DNA of 64,000 bases from contig NW_024704742.1 in the NCBI RefSeq assembly GCF_018977255.1, forward strand, positions 40,364,001-40,428,000, written 5' to 3'. The position numbers and the translations under genes were made by a program. A model generated the notes under the pieces. The model worked only from the letters and a program-made list of their open reading frames with translations. It was not told the DNA's origin and searched no databases. Of this stretch, positions 23,636 to 37,432 are shown in pieces. Position 1 is the first letter of the stretch; every line of letters starts with the position of its first letter. The stretch is from Callorhinchus milii (lineage: Eukaryota).

Positions 23636-24802
23636 AACCAGGCAACTACTTTTATTACTTGTGCAGTATCTTTCAAACCATAGCAACCTCCTTCATTCAC
23701 GTGCATTTCAGCCACTGGTTACTCTCCATTTTAATGGCTTCATTTCCATGACTTATTTCCTGAATTACAAATTGCTTGTCTTACAACAATGCAGCAAAAC
23801 ATTTTGACTAATGTTTTGGCAAAGAATATAATTCCCAATAAGAAGCCATGAAATTGTCAGCCCATTAAAAAAGTCTATAATTTAGCCTTCCCGATGAGGA
23901 AAAGCCATTCTTTAGTGTTCAACTCAGACATACAGGTCCAGAGGTTACAATCTTTGGCCTGTGTCAAGCTAGCTAAAGTCAGCAAGGCAGTATTATGGCT
24001 GTTACAAAACACCTCAACATTCCTGAGCTAAAGGGAGAGAAAATGTAACCCAGGCACTTGTTTTGATCACTATCTGTTGACTTCCCCTCCAGGTAGAAAA
24101 TGCATATATATGAATGCTGAACAGAGATAGGACAGAACAGGGCAAGATTGTGCTGCATTTTCAATGTCAAATAGCTGTCTGCCTTGCATTTCTACTGATC
24201 TATATGCATTGGATTGAGAACTACTGTATCCTTCACACCCACAAGGAGGGTAGGATGGTGCTGATCTGTGAACTGAGATCATTTTGCGTTGATTGATATT
24301 ACTGTCAAGTCATGAAATAACTGATCGAGAGCACAAGTTGTTGCTTGGGAGACTATGCGTGAGGATAATACTGCAATTTGCATGCAACAAAAGAGTTACT
24401 GAAACCAGTTTCAGAAGCGCTGAGGCCTAGTGGAACACAGATGCTGACTATAGCTGATGCAGATTGTAGCAGTCAACCCAGTCTGTGAGGATATGAAACT
24501 GCAGTGGTAGAAGAGAAAGAGAGAGACTATCAAAGCTGTAGCAGAAGCCTCTCCCACAAAATCAAAGCAACGCCTATGTGTGCTTGTGTACGTGTGTGTC
24601 TGCCAGGAACAGAAGGTGTTTTTTTACAGATAAGCTTCACACACTTAATTTGACCAGGACCTTTTGGATTTTTATATTTGGTGAGTGAGTATCACTGACT
24701 GAAATGGCGCAGAAAGGGTTTCCTCTCTTGATTGAAATTTTTTTTACATAAAATCGTTAAGGGGCAACTGCAGGACATCACATGTCGCAAGTTAAGTAGA
24801 AC

Positions 24803-24990
24803 GTATTGGTTAGAGCACTCACCTCTTAGAGTCCTGTAGCGTAGTGGTTAGAGCACTCGCCTCACAAGCGAGAGGACATGTGTTTGATTCTTGGCAGGAC
24901 AAAACTTTAGGCAAATTTCCTTAGTCCGCACGCCTCTGTTTACCTAGCAGTAAGTAGGAACCCGATTATTAGTTGAGTGGTGGGTCACCA
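24803..24990 (+). mobile_element. tRNA-Val/CORE-like SINE with a partly duplicated head
   Basis: gagtcctgtagcgtagtggttagagcactcgcctcacaagcgagagg...gcctctgtttacctagcagtaagtaggaaccc; tggttagagcactc occurs twice. Confidence 0.85.
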
Positions 24991-25194
24991 GATGTGCCAC
25001 TAACAAAACAACTTGTATACATTTACTTCCGTCAGGCATTTGCTTGTATCTGATTCACATGCCTGTTGATTTGACTGGATTTGTTTAATAATATCACTGG
25101 TTGAATGTGCTTAGAAAACCTGCTGTAAATACCTGTGACACCTGTGCTGATAATCACCAGAGTAACTCAACAACTTAAGTTCCCTTTGTGTTAA

Positions 25195-25425
25195 AACAAC
25201 AATCATTTTTCATTTAGATAGAGCCTTTTACCTCGGGAGGACGTGTTAAAATGCTTCACTGAGGCGACTGGGAGCCCAAGCTGGGAGTTGGGGAACTGAG
25301 AAAAGTGGGGGAGATGACCAAAGCAGGGTCAAAAATAAAGGTGAAGTTTCAGAGAGCAGGAGAGGCATTGGCTCAAAGCTCACCCCATCAATGGTAGGGT
25401 GGGTAGGGCAGGGAACTTGAAGCAG
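25195..25425 (-). mobile_element. L2 3' end, degraded
   Basis: aacaacaatc...gagccttttacctcgggaggacgt...cccatcaatggtagggtggg. Confidence 0.7.
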
Positions 25426-27357
25426 ACTGGTAAAAATAATTTTCTTCCCCTCTTTCTCGGTGTGAGTGCAATCATTTTCATGGCAGATAACGATCCGTTG
25501 CTATATTTAGTGGAATATCTTCCATAATATAGATGGAGCGAAGGCACGAAATGTATTTCTGACAGCTTGTTGCAGCTTCTCCATAGTCTCATATTGCTGT
25601 TTTGTAACAGGGGGTAAGGGGACTTTGTGGACACCCTGTATAACCATGGGCTTTTTAAAGCTTGGCTACGCTGCTTGTTTTTTTCCCGTCTCCCTAACTC
25701 TAGAAATCTGACGCCCATTTTACTCCCAGATTTGCTCAGGTTCAGGTAAGCTAACTCAGCACACAGACTGGACATTAAATCTGGGTTCTGCCCGTGCTGT
25801 GTAGTTCTGGTTTAAATATTGGGTGCGGGGGCCTGCGGGTGGTGGAAGAGGGAAGCAGCTTTATAAAAGTGAATTTTTTTTACTGTTTAATGCCAGTTAT
25901 CCCCATCTGATTACCTGGAGATTTTCTGCTCAGGTTGGATTGTTAGAGGCAAAATCACAAAAAAATGCAATTCTACCAATTTGTCAGCATAAAAATGTCA
26001 AAATATTATTTTCAAATTCATACATTTTACCACAAAGTAAATAAAGACCAGGGCATGGCAGAGGTTAATATGGGCGGTCTGTATATCACAGACTGATTCA
26101 GTGCATATTCCCATTAGTTATCGCAATTCTGTCATGATGATCTGTGGAAACCTCTCTCTGACATGACTGAATGTAAACTGTGTCAAGAAGAGTTCCCATG
26201 GGGTCAGAATGATGGACTTCCGGTTACTACAGGATTGATTATTCATGGATTGATTCCTGTGTGGTTCCTGTTTCAAATACCATGTTTTTTTAATATGTTC
26301 TGTCATTCAGTACTGAGATCCCTTAGATTGATGCCCATAACACATCCACATTCAAACAAACATGCAATGGGACCCTGGTACATTCAAAGTTAGAATGCCT
26401 TTGAGTCCTATTGGTCTTGTTTGCTGGCTGACCGCTGGACTGTGTGCAGAAAGTCACCTCAAATCACTGGCTAGTTGTGATTTATTTTGATTTATTTGGA
26501 AGAGACAAATCTCCATCATTAGCCCTCGACTGTTGAAGGCAGGGATTAATTCTGCGTTCATTTCTACAGGCACTGCAGCTCTCTGGTTCCCTGTCCAAGT
26601 ACATTTGGTACCTGTAAAGTAGGGGGGGTGGGGAAGGCATACATCTCATCCAAGTCTATTCTCATCCTGGATAGAGATTTGGAATTCGAACCCTGATTGT
26701 TTTTTCACTGCTTAGCCAAGGAGCAATGGGGTCAGAAATGCTGCCCATTTACCACACTTTCTGTGAAATAATTAGACAAGAAGATGCAGAGGAAGGGTAT
26801 TGGAAGGTATGGGGAAAAGAACAGGGAATTGGGATTAGGATGGATGACATCTTGGAGGAGAAAATACTTACACAAAAAGCATTGGCCGCCCACTGTGTTG
26901 TACATTTCTGTTGTTCCACATCCTGTGGTGCATTTTATCCACTGATCCATTACCCAATGAACCAGTACCTATTGAAACATTTAGAGAAACATCCATGACT
27001 CAGGGTTTTAAAGAAACAAACTGCAGTTCTGATTCCTTGATATGTTATTCCATACCATATGAGGAGTATTAAGGAAAGCAAGACTCAGATATAATTTGCA
27101 CCATTTAAGAAAAAAAATAACAACTCTAACCACCTTTTAATATCAGGTAATTATTTCAGGAACTGCGCTATGCAAATTGTTTTTTGTATCCATTGAAGTC
27201 TGATATGCTGACTGACATTAGCAAACCTACAGCATGTAAATTTAGCAACAGAGATTAGTCACAGCAAACTTCTGATCCCATCGCTGCTTATCTGGGTTCA
27301 TCTTGGCGCAGACAGGTGAGAGAGACTAAAAGACCGAGAGAGGAAAGAGAGATACAT

Positions 27358-27490
27358 CCAACAACAACAAATTGCATTTGTATAGCGCTTTTCACATTGG
27401 GAGGACATCCCAAAGCAATGGACAGTCAAGGATGTGCACCCGAGCTGGGGGTTGGGAACAGGAGGGGTGGAGTGCAGGGATGGTGGGGGT
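27358..27490 (-). mobile_element. L2 3' UTR/tail
   Basis: (caa)n followed by tagcgcttttcacattgggaggacatcccaaagc. Confidence 0.8.
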
Positions 27491-28439
27491 AGGAAATATC
27501 AGCCACTCTAGTGTTACAATGGCAATTAAACAAAATTAAAAAAGGAAAAAAAGTTCAAGTATTTGAGAAAACAGTAAGTCTATAGTGAGCCCTGTGAGTT
27601 AGTCACCTACCCTGGAAAAGGCAATCTGATAGAAAGTGAAGCGTTCATTTTACAAACAGCAACTCCTGCCAGTAACTAAAACCACAACCCCAGGCCTGTT
27701 GAAATATTCACTATATTCATATTCAGAATATTCATGTCCAACTGTTTGCCATATGTGAGGGTGGAAAATCGACTCACTGAGCTTGTGGATGGGATAATGT
27801 CAGTATCCCCTGAATACACTCAGGAAATTACTTCAGGGGGTTTGCAAATGATGGTCACTAAACTGGAATCCTCAATGCCAGCAAGGTTATGTGGACTGTC
27901 ATTGGAGGAGGAATTCTTTGTAAACACATGTTATGTAATTGTAAATTTCATCTTGATGAATAATGGCACTGACTGGTCACATGGGTGAAGTGAGTTGTGT
28001 TGTACATTGAACTTGCTGGAGCACTGCTACTCAATCTTTAGTATAATTTGGAAACTAGCTTTAGTCTAATCTTTTAGTTGAGTAAAGCCAGGATGCCAAC
28101 TTGAGTTGCAATCACGTGTATGTTTACTTGCTGGATTTCAGAATGGTATTTATCTCATATTGTTCCGCAGAAGTAACTCAAATTCACAATTAACACCACA
28201 AATCCAATATGTGGAGATTGCAAAGTCGACCTCGGTCATTGTCTCAGATTACACATGATGGTTGGTCATGGGGTACATTACTGGTAGCTTCATTTTCTCC
28301 GTAGAGTGGAAAGGAGGGGAAACATTTTTGAATAAATGGTCAGGAATGGAATCTCAACTCAGATTTTCCCTATTTGTTCAATTAACTCTGTGCTCCAGGA
28401 ATAAGACTGGCCTTTGTCTTCCCACTGTCCATTTTCTGA

Positions 28440-28842
28440 ATAATACTAATGTTGAGACATCACAAAGTGTTTCACATAATTTACTGTAAAGTGTATTTTT
28501 CAGTAAATTATGTGAAATTATGTGACTGTATCTATCAAACGTGGCAGGCAATTTGGTCACAACAATGTCCTACAAATTGCCATGAAGTGAATGACCAAGT
28601 TTATCCAGGAGATTGTTGGTCAGGACAGCAAGAGAAACTCCCTTCCCTTTTTGAATAGTGCCATGGGATTTTTAATGTCCACTTAAACAGACAGACGGAC
28701 CCTTGGACTAACGTCTCATCAGAAGGGAAGCTCCTCTAATATTGCAGCACACATTGGAGTGTCAGCCTTGACTGTGAACTCAAAGAACTTGAACCCAAAC
28801 CTACCTCAGATGTGAAAGTGTTACCAGCTGAACTAGCCTGAC
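28440..28842 (-). mobile_element. Deu SINE, near full-length
   Basis: tttgaatagtgccatgggatttttaatgtccac...aacgtctcatc...ggagtgtcagcc...cttgaaccc. Confidence 0.85.
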
Positions 28843-29780
28843 ACCTTGAATAAATGGTTTAATTACAGGAATATGGACAGAGAGATGATTAGAGCTGTTT
28901 CATACTGAGATTTTCAGGTTTGGGAATAAAGCTATACATTTTGAAGGATATTTTAGCTTCCTAAAGAATGTTTTTACTGGTTTAGTCCTTCAATCATGAA
29001 TAAAGCTAATCTTTTCAACTGAGGATTGAAATTCCATCTAGTTTGAGCTGCAAGATATTTTACTGGAATGAATTAATCCCCTTCAGTGGCCAAATTCAGC
29101 TTCCTTCTATACATTTGATGCGGATTTCACATGTAGCTTGTTACTGCCTGTGGTCGCTGTTATAAAACATGAGGCGACACCACTAACAAACCACTAGCAC
29201 ATGACCTTCTTCCTTGTATGCACTACTTGCACAGCTCACACGCATTGACGCAGCTCGTAGAGTGAACGTAATTTATACACTTCCTTAATTCACACAATGT
29301 AACACTTCAGTTCGTAAGAAGTACCATTGAGATAAATTCTTAACCGGTCAATTCCTGTTAGCTGCAGAGAGGGGGCAGTTAGTTATGAAATTGGATCCAA
29401 CAGACTGGTCTGGAATCCAATCTTAGTGCTAGTAAAGGTTTTCAATAGTGCAATTCCTAATACCCGTGTAATTGTAAGTTTTATTTCTGCTGAGCCAGTC
29501 ACTGCAGATTATTAACAGCATGGCAGCAAAAAGCAATTTATTTTATTACTCTTTCCCTCGCCACACATTATCCCAGAGGGCAGAGAGACAACCTGCCTGC
29601 AAGCTTTTGCTGCTGCCTATATGGAATCGGTTACTAGGACTGAATTGGTTGACCCTCCTTCTTGTTTCCATTTCTCCTCTATGAGAGCATCTATGAGGAA
29701 AAATTCCACCTGGGCCCAAGATTCGCTCCAAGACGCTATGCAAGTAAAGGGCGCTATATTAATCCAAGTTGTTTTTGTTG

Positions 29781-29890
29781 TAGATTTACTCTGTATTTTG
29801 AAGAGTCCAGAATATAGCAATTTTTTAAATACAGCCTTAATGTGGAAGCTGGTTTTCTGTAAGTTTCTTTTAAGAATTATAGAAAACCGA
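29781..29890 (-). repeat. Unclassified interspersed repeat, copy 2 of 4 (abuts an L2 tail at ~29715-29780)
   Basis: ttaaatacagccttaatgtggaagctggttttctgtaagtttcttttaagaattatagaaaacc matches 49880-49945. Confidence 0.7.
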
Positions 29891-30137
29891 CTTCAAAGTT
29901 TAGGCTAAATTTATCAATTGGCTACATTCTAGACCCTCTAAAATATTAGATAAACAGAGCAAATATGTGACATTTCTCCCCAATGATTGTCACTCAAAAG
30001 CATTAACAAATATAGAATCCTGTACGTAGCTGAGTGGGTCTTTCCACTTAGAAGCTAATATCCGTTGTGACTTCTGCCTAAAACCTTTTATTGAGACCAG
30101 TACCCAAACATAGTTATAGAGGATCGAACTGAGACTC

Positions 30138-30248
30138 ATCCACAAAATACACAGTCAATCCATTTTACAATATATTCTGTGAAGCGCTTTGAGAACACTC
30201 AACAACAAGATAAGGCATTATATCATATGCAGCGATTATTATTATTAT
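30138..30248 (+). mobile_element. SINE 3' tail
   Basis: atattctgtgaagcgctttgag...gattattattattat. Confidence 0.8.
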
Positions 30249-30414
30249 CTGCAAGATTAACTATTTAGAATTCCTCTTGAACCTCACAACTTACACTGTG
30301 ATGAATGACAGGTACAGAACCATGGGTAAAATTCCATGTAATACACTATCAATGAAATATAGCAAAAGTAACAGAATTTAGGAAAAATGTTAAGGGTTTT
30401 TTTGCCTTAAAACA

Positions 30415-30612
30415 CCACAAGCAACTTGGTTTAATATGGCCCCCTTCACCAGGGGTAGCATCTTAGAGCGCTGAACAATCGCGGAGTTTGACTCTGAGTT
30501 GGGGAGAAAGGAAAGTTGATTGCAGATACGGTCAAAGAGAAAAGTCTTCAGGGTCGATTTGAATATGGGTATGGAGGAGGCAAGGAGGAGGGATTGAAGC
30601 ATGGAGTTCCAG
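30415..30612 (-). mobile_element. L2 3' end
   Basis: ORF 30390-30602: [12 protein letters not shown]. Confidence 0.8.
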
Positions 30613-31360
30613 CTGGCGCCAAGTCCTGGCCTGCACCTTTGATGTGACCTAAAGAAGACATTTCATTGCCCAAACATTTTACTGTTGTTGTCGTGATCAA
30701 CCTATGATAGACTCCATTCTGTTCCTATTATTTGTGCATCCTTCTTGGGACCTCAAACCTGTGAACTCCTTTAGTCTTTCTTTCCTTATAAAATATTACA
30801 GGTTTTTAAAATCTTAATTTTAGCGTCACCAACTCTGCTTTCTTGTTTTTCTTCATCTTTCCTTCTACTCCTTCAAATTTTGGTGCTTTCTGCATCATTA
30901 GCTCCATCTCTAGGTACCTCAGCTTAAGATAATATTCAGCCATCTGGTCGTTCTACTCATTCAACTAAATGACTGCTCCGTTGGAATGATTAGCATGTAG
31001 CTTGAAACCGAAAGAAGAACAGCTCTTCTATTCCATGTTGGCTGTTGACCAAGACTGGGAGGACAATAATGCTTCCACTGTCCATCAATAAGTAACCGTG
31101 GCTGTTCCTATCAATTTGTATTAGTAAAGAACACTGGCGGAGCCTCACAGTTCCGCCTGTAAACAGATTCAAAGCACAGATCCATCCCTCATGATCTAAC
31201 ACAGCAAATGTGCTGAGGCTGGTGAAATGCCACCAGAGAAAAAGTGCTTGTGAAAACAAGAGCCAAGTTCCTGACTTGTGCACAGGCCACGTGAGTGTAC
31301 AGCCACGTTGTGTATACACTTGGATTCACCTGGATGCTTCACTACTTCCAATTCACGACA

Positions 31361-31670
31361 GGGGTTCTATAGCTCAGTGGTTAGAGCACTTGCCTTGCCT
31401 TGAGAGACCTGGGTTCGATTCCCAGCAGGGCAAAACCTTGGACAAGTTTCCTTACTCCACATGCCTGATAATAATCCCTCAAGAAAAGAAAACAATAATA
31501 AATTGGTCACTTCAATCCACGACTGTTTGTGGGACACTGCTGTGCGCAATTGGCTGCCGCATTTTTCCCACAAATATACAGTCAATTCCACTTTACAGTA
31601 TATTCTGTGAAGCACTTTGAGACATCTAGAAAACGTGAAAAACGCTATGTCAAATACAAGGATTATTATT
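31361..31670 (+). mobile_element. Full-length chimeric SINE (same family as 7322-7655)
   Basis: A box tagctcagtgg, B box ggttcgattcc, then caagtttccttactccacatgcct, the Deu segment tttgtgggacactgctgtgcgcaattggctgccgc, and an (att)n tail. Confidence 0.92.
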
Positions 31671-32689
31671 ACAAACATTAGGCATAACAACTGGAGGAAA
31701 CTCATTCATTTCTGGTGCTCCCCCTCCACTTCACATGCATAGTTGGTCCAAACCTAAAAGCAATTCTTCAAAAGAACTAAAAAGATATTTTAATGTCCAC
31801 CTGTACAATCTTGCACAGCTTGTGAAAGGCATTTACTCTTGGAAATTTCCTGGTTCCCAATCTTAAAAAATATTTTGAATTCATTTTTCGGGTCACATTC
31901 TGTTGACACATAAACAAAGCTGATCATAACAAAAGGTTGAAACATGCGGAAGGTTCAGCTCGACTGGGTTAAACGTTCCAGCCACACCAGAGTGGTCAGG
32001 TAAGAAGCTGTTGGGTTTAGTTTTGTGCTGAAGCAATCTGAAATAGGTTGCCACGAAAGTTTATAAAAAATACAATAATCCTTGCATTTCTACAGTGCCA
32101 TTTATCAAGAGGATATCTCAAAACATAGGATATACTGTAAAGTGTAGGGACTATATACAGTGGAAGCTGCTTTAGCTGGTTAACTTCAGATGCTGGGTAA
32201 ATTGGACAAAATGCCTCACCCTGATTAATTTGTATTCTCTCCCTGTGTTACTTCAAACAACAATCTGGTTAATCCGGATAAAATGCCACGCTGGTCACTG
32301 TTGAATGTACTCACTCACTCCTTCTTTGTCACAAGCGGCTCCAGGATGGAAATGGGAGGAGTCAAATTGTGATTGATTGACAGCGGACTCCAGACATTCA
32401 CAAGCGACTGGAGTTGAGCTGTCAATCAGGGAGGGGACAGACAACTGGGGAAGAAACAAGGGACCAAATGGGAGGAGTGCCCATCCATTCACAAGCATCT
32501 CCAAGGCTGTCAGTCACCTCAGACCTGCTGCTAATTGGTCACTTTCCCATTCAATGGGAATGGCAATGGGAGGGAGGAGGTGCCACTGCCGCTCCTCTGC
32601 TGGGTAGGAAGAGGTACTGGAACTTTGGTTAACCTCGGACGCTGCTTAAACCGGACAAAATCTGTCCAATTTAACCGGCTTCCACTGTA

Positions 32690-33090
32690 ATTTGTAGGTG
32701 AGTGTGGCTGCCAATTTGTGCACAGCAATATCCCACAAACAGCCTTGAAGTAAACAACCTATTTTATTTGTGGGATTAGTTGGCCAGAATACCGAATTAA
32801 ATTCCCCTCTCTTTCCGATTAGTGGATCTTTAACAGGCAAACAAGAACCTAGGTCTCATCTTGAATGTCAGTACCTTCAACAATGCTGCACAGCACCACC
32901 ACAATAACAAGTTGCATTTATATAGCTCCCTTCATGCAGGGTAGCGTCCTGGAACACTTGACAGTGGCAGCATCTGACCCCGAACCAGCACTACATTGGA
33001 ATATCAGATTAGACTTAGTTAGAGTCCTGACTTGGGGCTTGAACCCACAACTTTCTGACTCAGAAGTGAAAGTGCTACCAACTGATCCCG
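32690..33090 (-). mobile_element. Deu SINE with an L2 tail inserted at ~32900-32985
   Basis: tggctgccaatttgtgcacagcaatatcccacaaac...ggggcttgaacccacaactttctgactcagaagtgaaagtgctaccaactga. Confidence 0.8.
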
Positions 33091-33539
33091 CTGAAACCTA
33101 AAACCATTGAAACAGTCAAACCAAATACAGTCGCTGGTGAAAGTGAATAAAAAAATGCTCATTGTGTGACTGCTCAACTGGTTACTACTAAGAGATTTTC
33201 CTCCCAGTTATCACAACCACCTGATTAACTCAGCTCTGTGGTGTCGGCTATCAACCAAATAGACACCGGGTATAACTGAATTTTTCAGTAATTTTAAAGA
33301 TAAAATGATAAAGAGATGTTAGTGGTGAAAGTATGAAATAAAAACAGAAATTGCCAGAGATCTGCATCTGGACGAGAAAGGCTGCTTCATGCTTCTAGTG
33401 TGGCAGTCATCTGGAGTTCAGTTAACACCAGAGATTTTCTTCCAGCTTTTCTTCAGAAGCTGATGGACCCCTGTGCATTTCCAGCAATTTGTTTTGTTTT
33501 ATTTCTGGAAACGTCTAAATTGATATTTGGCAACTATGG

Positions 33540-34045
33540 TATATGAACATGCTATAGGGCATTCGGTCCATCGAGTCTGCTCATTTTATTAGCTTGCAGC
33601 AGAGAATCTTAGCGTGTTAAAACACAGAAGCAGGCTATCGGCCCATCATCTGTGCTGGTGTTTTGCTCCACATGAGCTACACTCCTGTCCACTCCCCACA
33701 TCCTTCAATAATCTTCCTCTTCAAGCATCTGATTCCTGTTTGAAATACTGTAATTTATAGATTCTGTGTCAACAATGATTTGTGGAAGAAAATTCCACAT
33801 TCCAACTACCCTCCAAGCAAAGACATATGAGCATCTTAAATTTATGCCCTCTAGTTACTGACTCACTGACCAGTGAAAATAATCTGTTATTGTTTATCTC
33901 TTTATCCTTCTAATCCTGCTCTCTGTGCCCTTTAATTCCCTTCCTTCAAGATCTATATCTGAATCACCTCTATTGATGCATCTTTGCTTTCTGGAATGAT
34001 TTGTATTTTCACATTCTCACAACCCTCTGTGTGAAGAAACATTCC
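33540..34045 (-). mobile_element. Cluster of degraded CR1 3' fragments
   Basis: cattcggtccatcgagtctgc; acacagaagcaggctatcggcccatc; cacattctcacaaccctctgtgtgaagaa. Confidence 0.7.
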
Positions 34046-34789
34046 TTGGATTCAATTCCAGACAGTCAGCATTATTTTGTTTGCTTAGTTAGATTAACTT
34101 TAAACATGTAATTTAAACTCCAATGCAGGATAATACTAAGTAGCAAATAAAATATAGTTTTAGTGTAAAGCATAAGAAAACACAGAACAAGGAAAGAACC
34201 ATTTGGCTCACCAAACCCGACCCCTCCATATCCCACTTAGTATGCTGTACTAATTCTTCCCTGGAACCCAAAGCACAAACATAACATATTCATCTAATCC
34301 CCACATCTCTATATTTAATCCAGGCCTCCATCCCTCCATACATAACAACCGCTTCACCCAGCCCTAGAGTACAGAAATCATTGCACCCTGTGAAGTAACA
34401 GTTCACCTATTGCTATATCCTCTTGAGCAAATACTTAGCCTGTTTGCAGGGTAACTAATAATAGTCCGAAGAGAAGGGTGTAAGGGATAGAGAGTACCCA
34501 GAATTTTTTGAAATAGCCTCACAGAAATTTATGATTCAGAGCATGTGGGGGAATAGTGAGAAAGATCTGAACTGGAGACAGGCCAAGTCTGGATGGGAGG
34601 AAACCAGAGCAAGTCAAAGCAGGACTGAGAGGACCTCAATGAGAAAGTTTGGCTAAGTCATAGCTGATGCCTGCAGGAGCCAGGCTGAGCCAGAGGAAGA
34701 AAGCAGAAAAAACTCACCTGCTGCTAATTGAAGCTCACAATTACGTGGGTTCTGTTCCTGCCAAATAGAATTTGCCACTGAGCACATGA

Positions 34790-34955
34790 TAGCAATAATC
34801 CTTGTATTTGATATAGCGCCTTATCATGTCTTTGAGATGTCTCAAAGTGCTTCACAGAATATACTGGAAAGTAAATTGACTGGATCTTGTGGGCGAAACA
34901 CGGCAGCCAATTGCGCACAACAGTGTCCCACAAACAGTCGTGGATTGTGTGACCA
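34790..34955 (-). mobile_element. SINE 3' half (Deu + tail)
   Basis: gcagccaattgcgcacaacagtgtcccacaaacagtcg. Confidence 0.85.
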
Positions 34956-35014
34956 ACATTACGATGATACTTATGGACAATGTAATTTCCCTCCTGACTC
35001 GCCAAGGGCTGTGT

Positions 35015-37432
35015 GACAACAGCAACAACTTGCACTTATATAGCACCCTCCACGCAGGGTAGCGTCTCAGAGCGCTTAACAGTGGAGGAGCCTGACTCTG
35101 AGCCGGGGGGGAAGGGTAAGTGGCCGCAAGCACGGTCAAACAGGAAAGTTTTCAGGTGGACTTGAAAGAGGGGATAGAGGGGGAAAGGCAGAGGGATTGA
35201 GGGAGAGGGTTCCATAGTTTTGGGGCTTAGCAACTGAAAGCCCGACCTCCGATGGTGGGGCGGAGGGTGCAAGGGATGAGTAGGAGGCCGGTTGAGTGGA
35301 GGCGCCAGGTGATGGATTGGGGAGTGAGGAGGTCGGAGAGGTAGGAAGGTGCCAGGGAAAGAAGGATTTGAACACGAGTGTTAGGACCTTGAAGTCGATC
35401 CGCTTGGTGATGGGGAGCCAGTGGAGCCTCACCAGAACTGGTGAGAGAGTTTTGAATGAGCTGGGTCTTGTGAATAGTGAAGCTGGGGAGACTGGCGAGG
35501 AGTGTGTGGCAGCATTTGGGGTAAGGTACGATCTGAGGTGGGCAATGTGGCGGAGGTGGAAGAAAGCGGTCCTGGTCAGGGACCGGGTGTGGGGGAGGAA
35601 TAACAGCTGGGGGCGGGTCAAACTGGATGCCTGGGTTGCGCACTGGTTCGGAGAGCCCAGGAAGGTTGAGGGGTTTAGATCCACAGAAGTGAAGATGTTG
35701 ACGGGAGCCAAGGCTTCTATCTTGTGCATATTTGGCTGCAGGAAGTTTACACTCATCCAGGCCTTGATGTCTGCCAGACAAGCTGATAGAACATCGGAAG
35801 ACCTGGAGTTGGTACTGGAGGAGGCAAAGTAGATTTGTGTGTCATCCGCATATAATAATAATAATAATAATAATCCTTGCATTTGATATAGTGCTTTTCA
35901 CGTCTTCTAGATGTCTCAAAGCGCTTCACAGAATATGCTGTAAAGTGAATTGACTGTATATTTATGGGCGAAACTTGGCAGCCAATTGTGCAAAGCAATG
36001 TCCCACAAACAGTCATGGATTGAAAATGACCAATTTATCTAGATCAGGAAACGAAGAGGGCCAAGGATGGAGCCCGGGTATACTCTGCAGGTGCCCGGGT
36101 GGAGGTGGGAGGAGGAACCATTTGCTGAGATGAAATGCAGGCAGTTGGTTAAGTAGGACTCGAACCATGTGAGTGCAGTCCTACTAAGGTAGATCAGGGA
36201 GGAGAGCAGATGGAGGAGGATGGCAAAGTTGATTGTGTCGAATGCGGCAGAGAGATCCAGGTGGACAAAATGGCAGAGGGAGCCCGGGTCACAGATAGAG
36301 ACAATGACTTTGACAAGTCTGTCTCTGTGCTGTGGGCAGGGTGAAAACCAGACTGCAGGGCCTCGAGGAAAGAGTGGAGGTAGAGGTTTGACCGAAGTTG
36401 ACCTGCAACAATGTTCCAGGACTTTGGCAAGGAAGGACAGGTTGGAGTTGGGATGGTAGTATGCGAGGTTAGAGGGATCGAGGGTGGGTTTTTTGAGGAG
36501 GGTTGTGATGACAGCGGTTTTCAGGGGGTGTGGAACAGAGTCTGAGGAGAGAGACTGGTTGATTGTGTTGACCAGCAGAGGGTAAAGTAGGGGGAGTTAA
36601 GTGACCAGCAACTGGGTGGAGAGGGGGTCAAGGTTGCAGGTGGTGAACTTCATCCGGGTGATTGTGGTTGAGAGGGAGGAGGGACAAATGGGGGCAAAAT
36701 AGTGTAAGGTGGTGGGAGTGGTAGGAGTACTGGCAGAGGGAGAAGGTGGTGTGGATGGTCTGGGTGGGGTGGAAGGGGACATGTGGGGGGTGGACGATGC
36801 AGCCAAGTGGATCTTTTCAATTTTTGAGGTAAAGAAGTCTAGGACCTCTTGACATTTGAGATGAGGATAGAGGGTGTTTGAGGGGGATGCACGGAGGAGG
36901 TGATGGACAGTTGAAAACAGCATCTTTGGATTGTTGTTTGCCTCCAGGATGACTTTGGAGTAAAAGTCAGTTTTGGCCTGTGATAGGGAAAGGCGGTAGT
37001 TGTGGAGGTGCTCGAGCCACAGCTGGTGGTGAATCATGAGGCCATATTTCTGCCATATGCGCTCGAGTGTCCACGTTTGGATTTTCAGTGAGCAGAGATG
37101 ACTGTTGCACCAGGGGGAGCGGCTGGGTTTGGAAACAACCCTGGATTTCAGGGGAGCCAGGAAAATAAAGGTTGTGGAGAGACATCATTCAGCAGCTTGA
37201 CGACTACATCAGGATTGCTGCGGGTGGAGGCCAGAGGGAGAGGAGGTCCGAGGAAGAGAGGGCATTTGTGAGGGATTCAGGGGGAAGCTTTTTCCAGGGA
37301 TGGAAAGAAATGGTGGAGGGTTTGGAAGAGGGGAGAGGGGTGTGGGAGGAGAGGGAGATGAGGAAGTCCGTGATTGACAGGTCGAAAATGTCAAGGCCGT
37401 GTGTGATGACAAGATTGAGGGGGTGGCCACGG
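35015..37432 (-). mobile_element. L2 LINE (family A), 5'-truncated within the endonuclease, interrupted by a SINE at ~35853-36037
   Basis: Collinear with 1-1840; YADDTQIY, LHWLPITKRIDFKVL and [10 protein letters not shown] motifs; (caa)n tail. Confidence 0.95.
35853..36037 (-). mobile_element. 5'-truncated SINE nested in L2
   Basis: (aat)n tail followed by ccttgcatttgatatagtgc...gaccaattta. Confidence 0.9.

Noticed and set aside
29361..29379. CTCF site gcagagagggggcag
   Set aside because: Only the 3' half matches the core; the 5' CCASY part does not.
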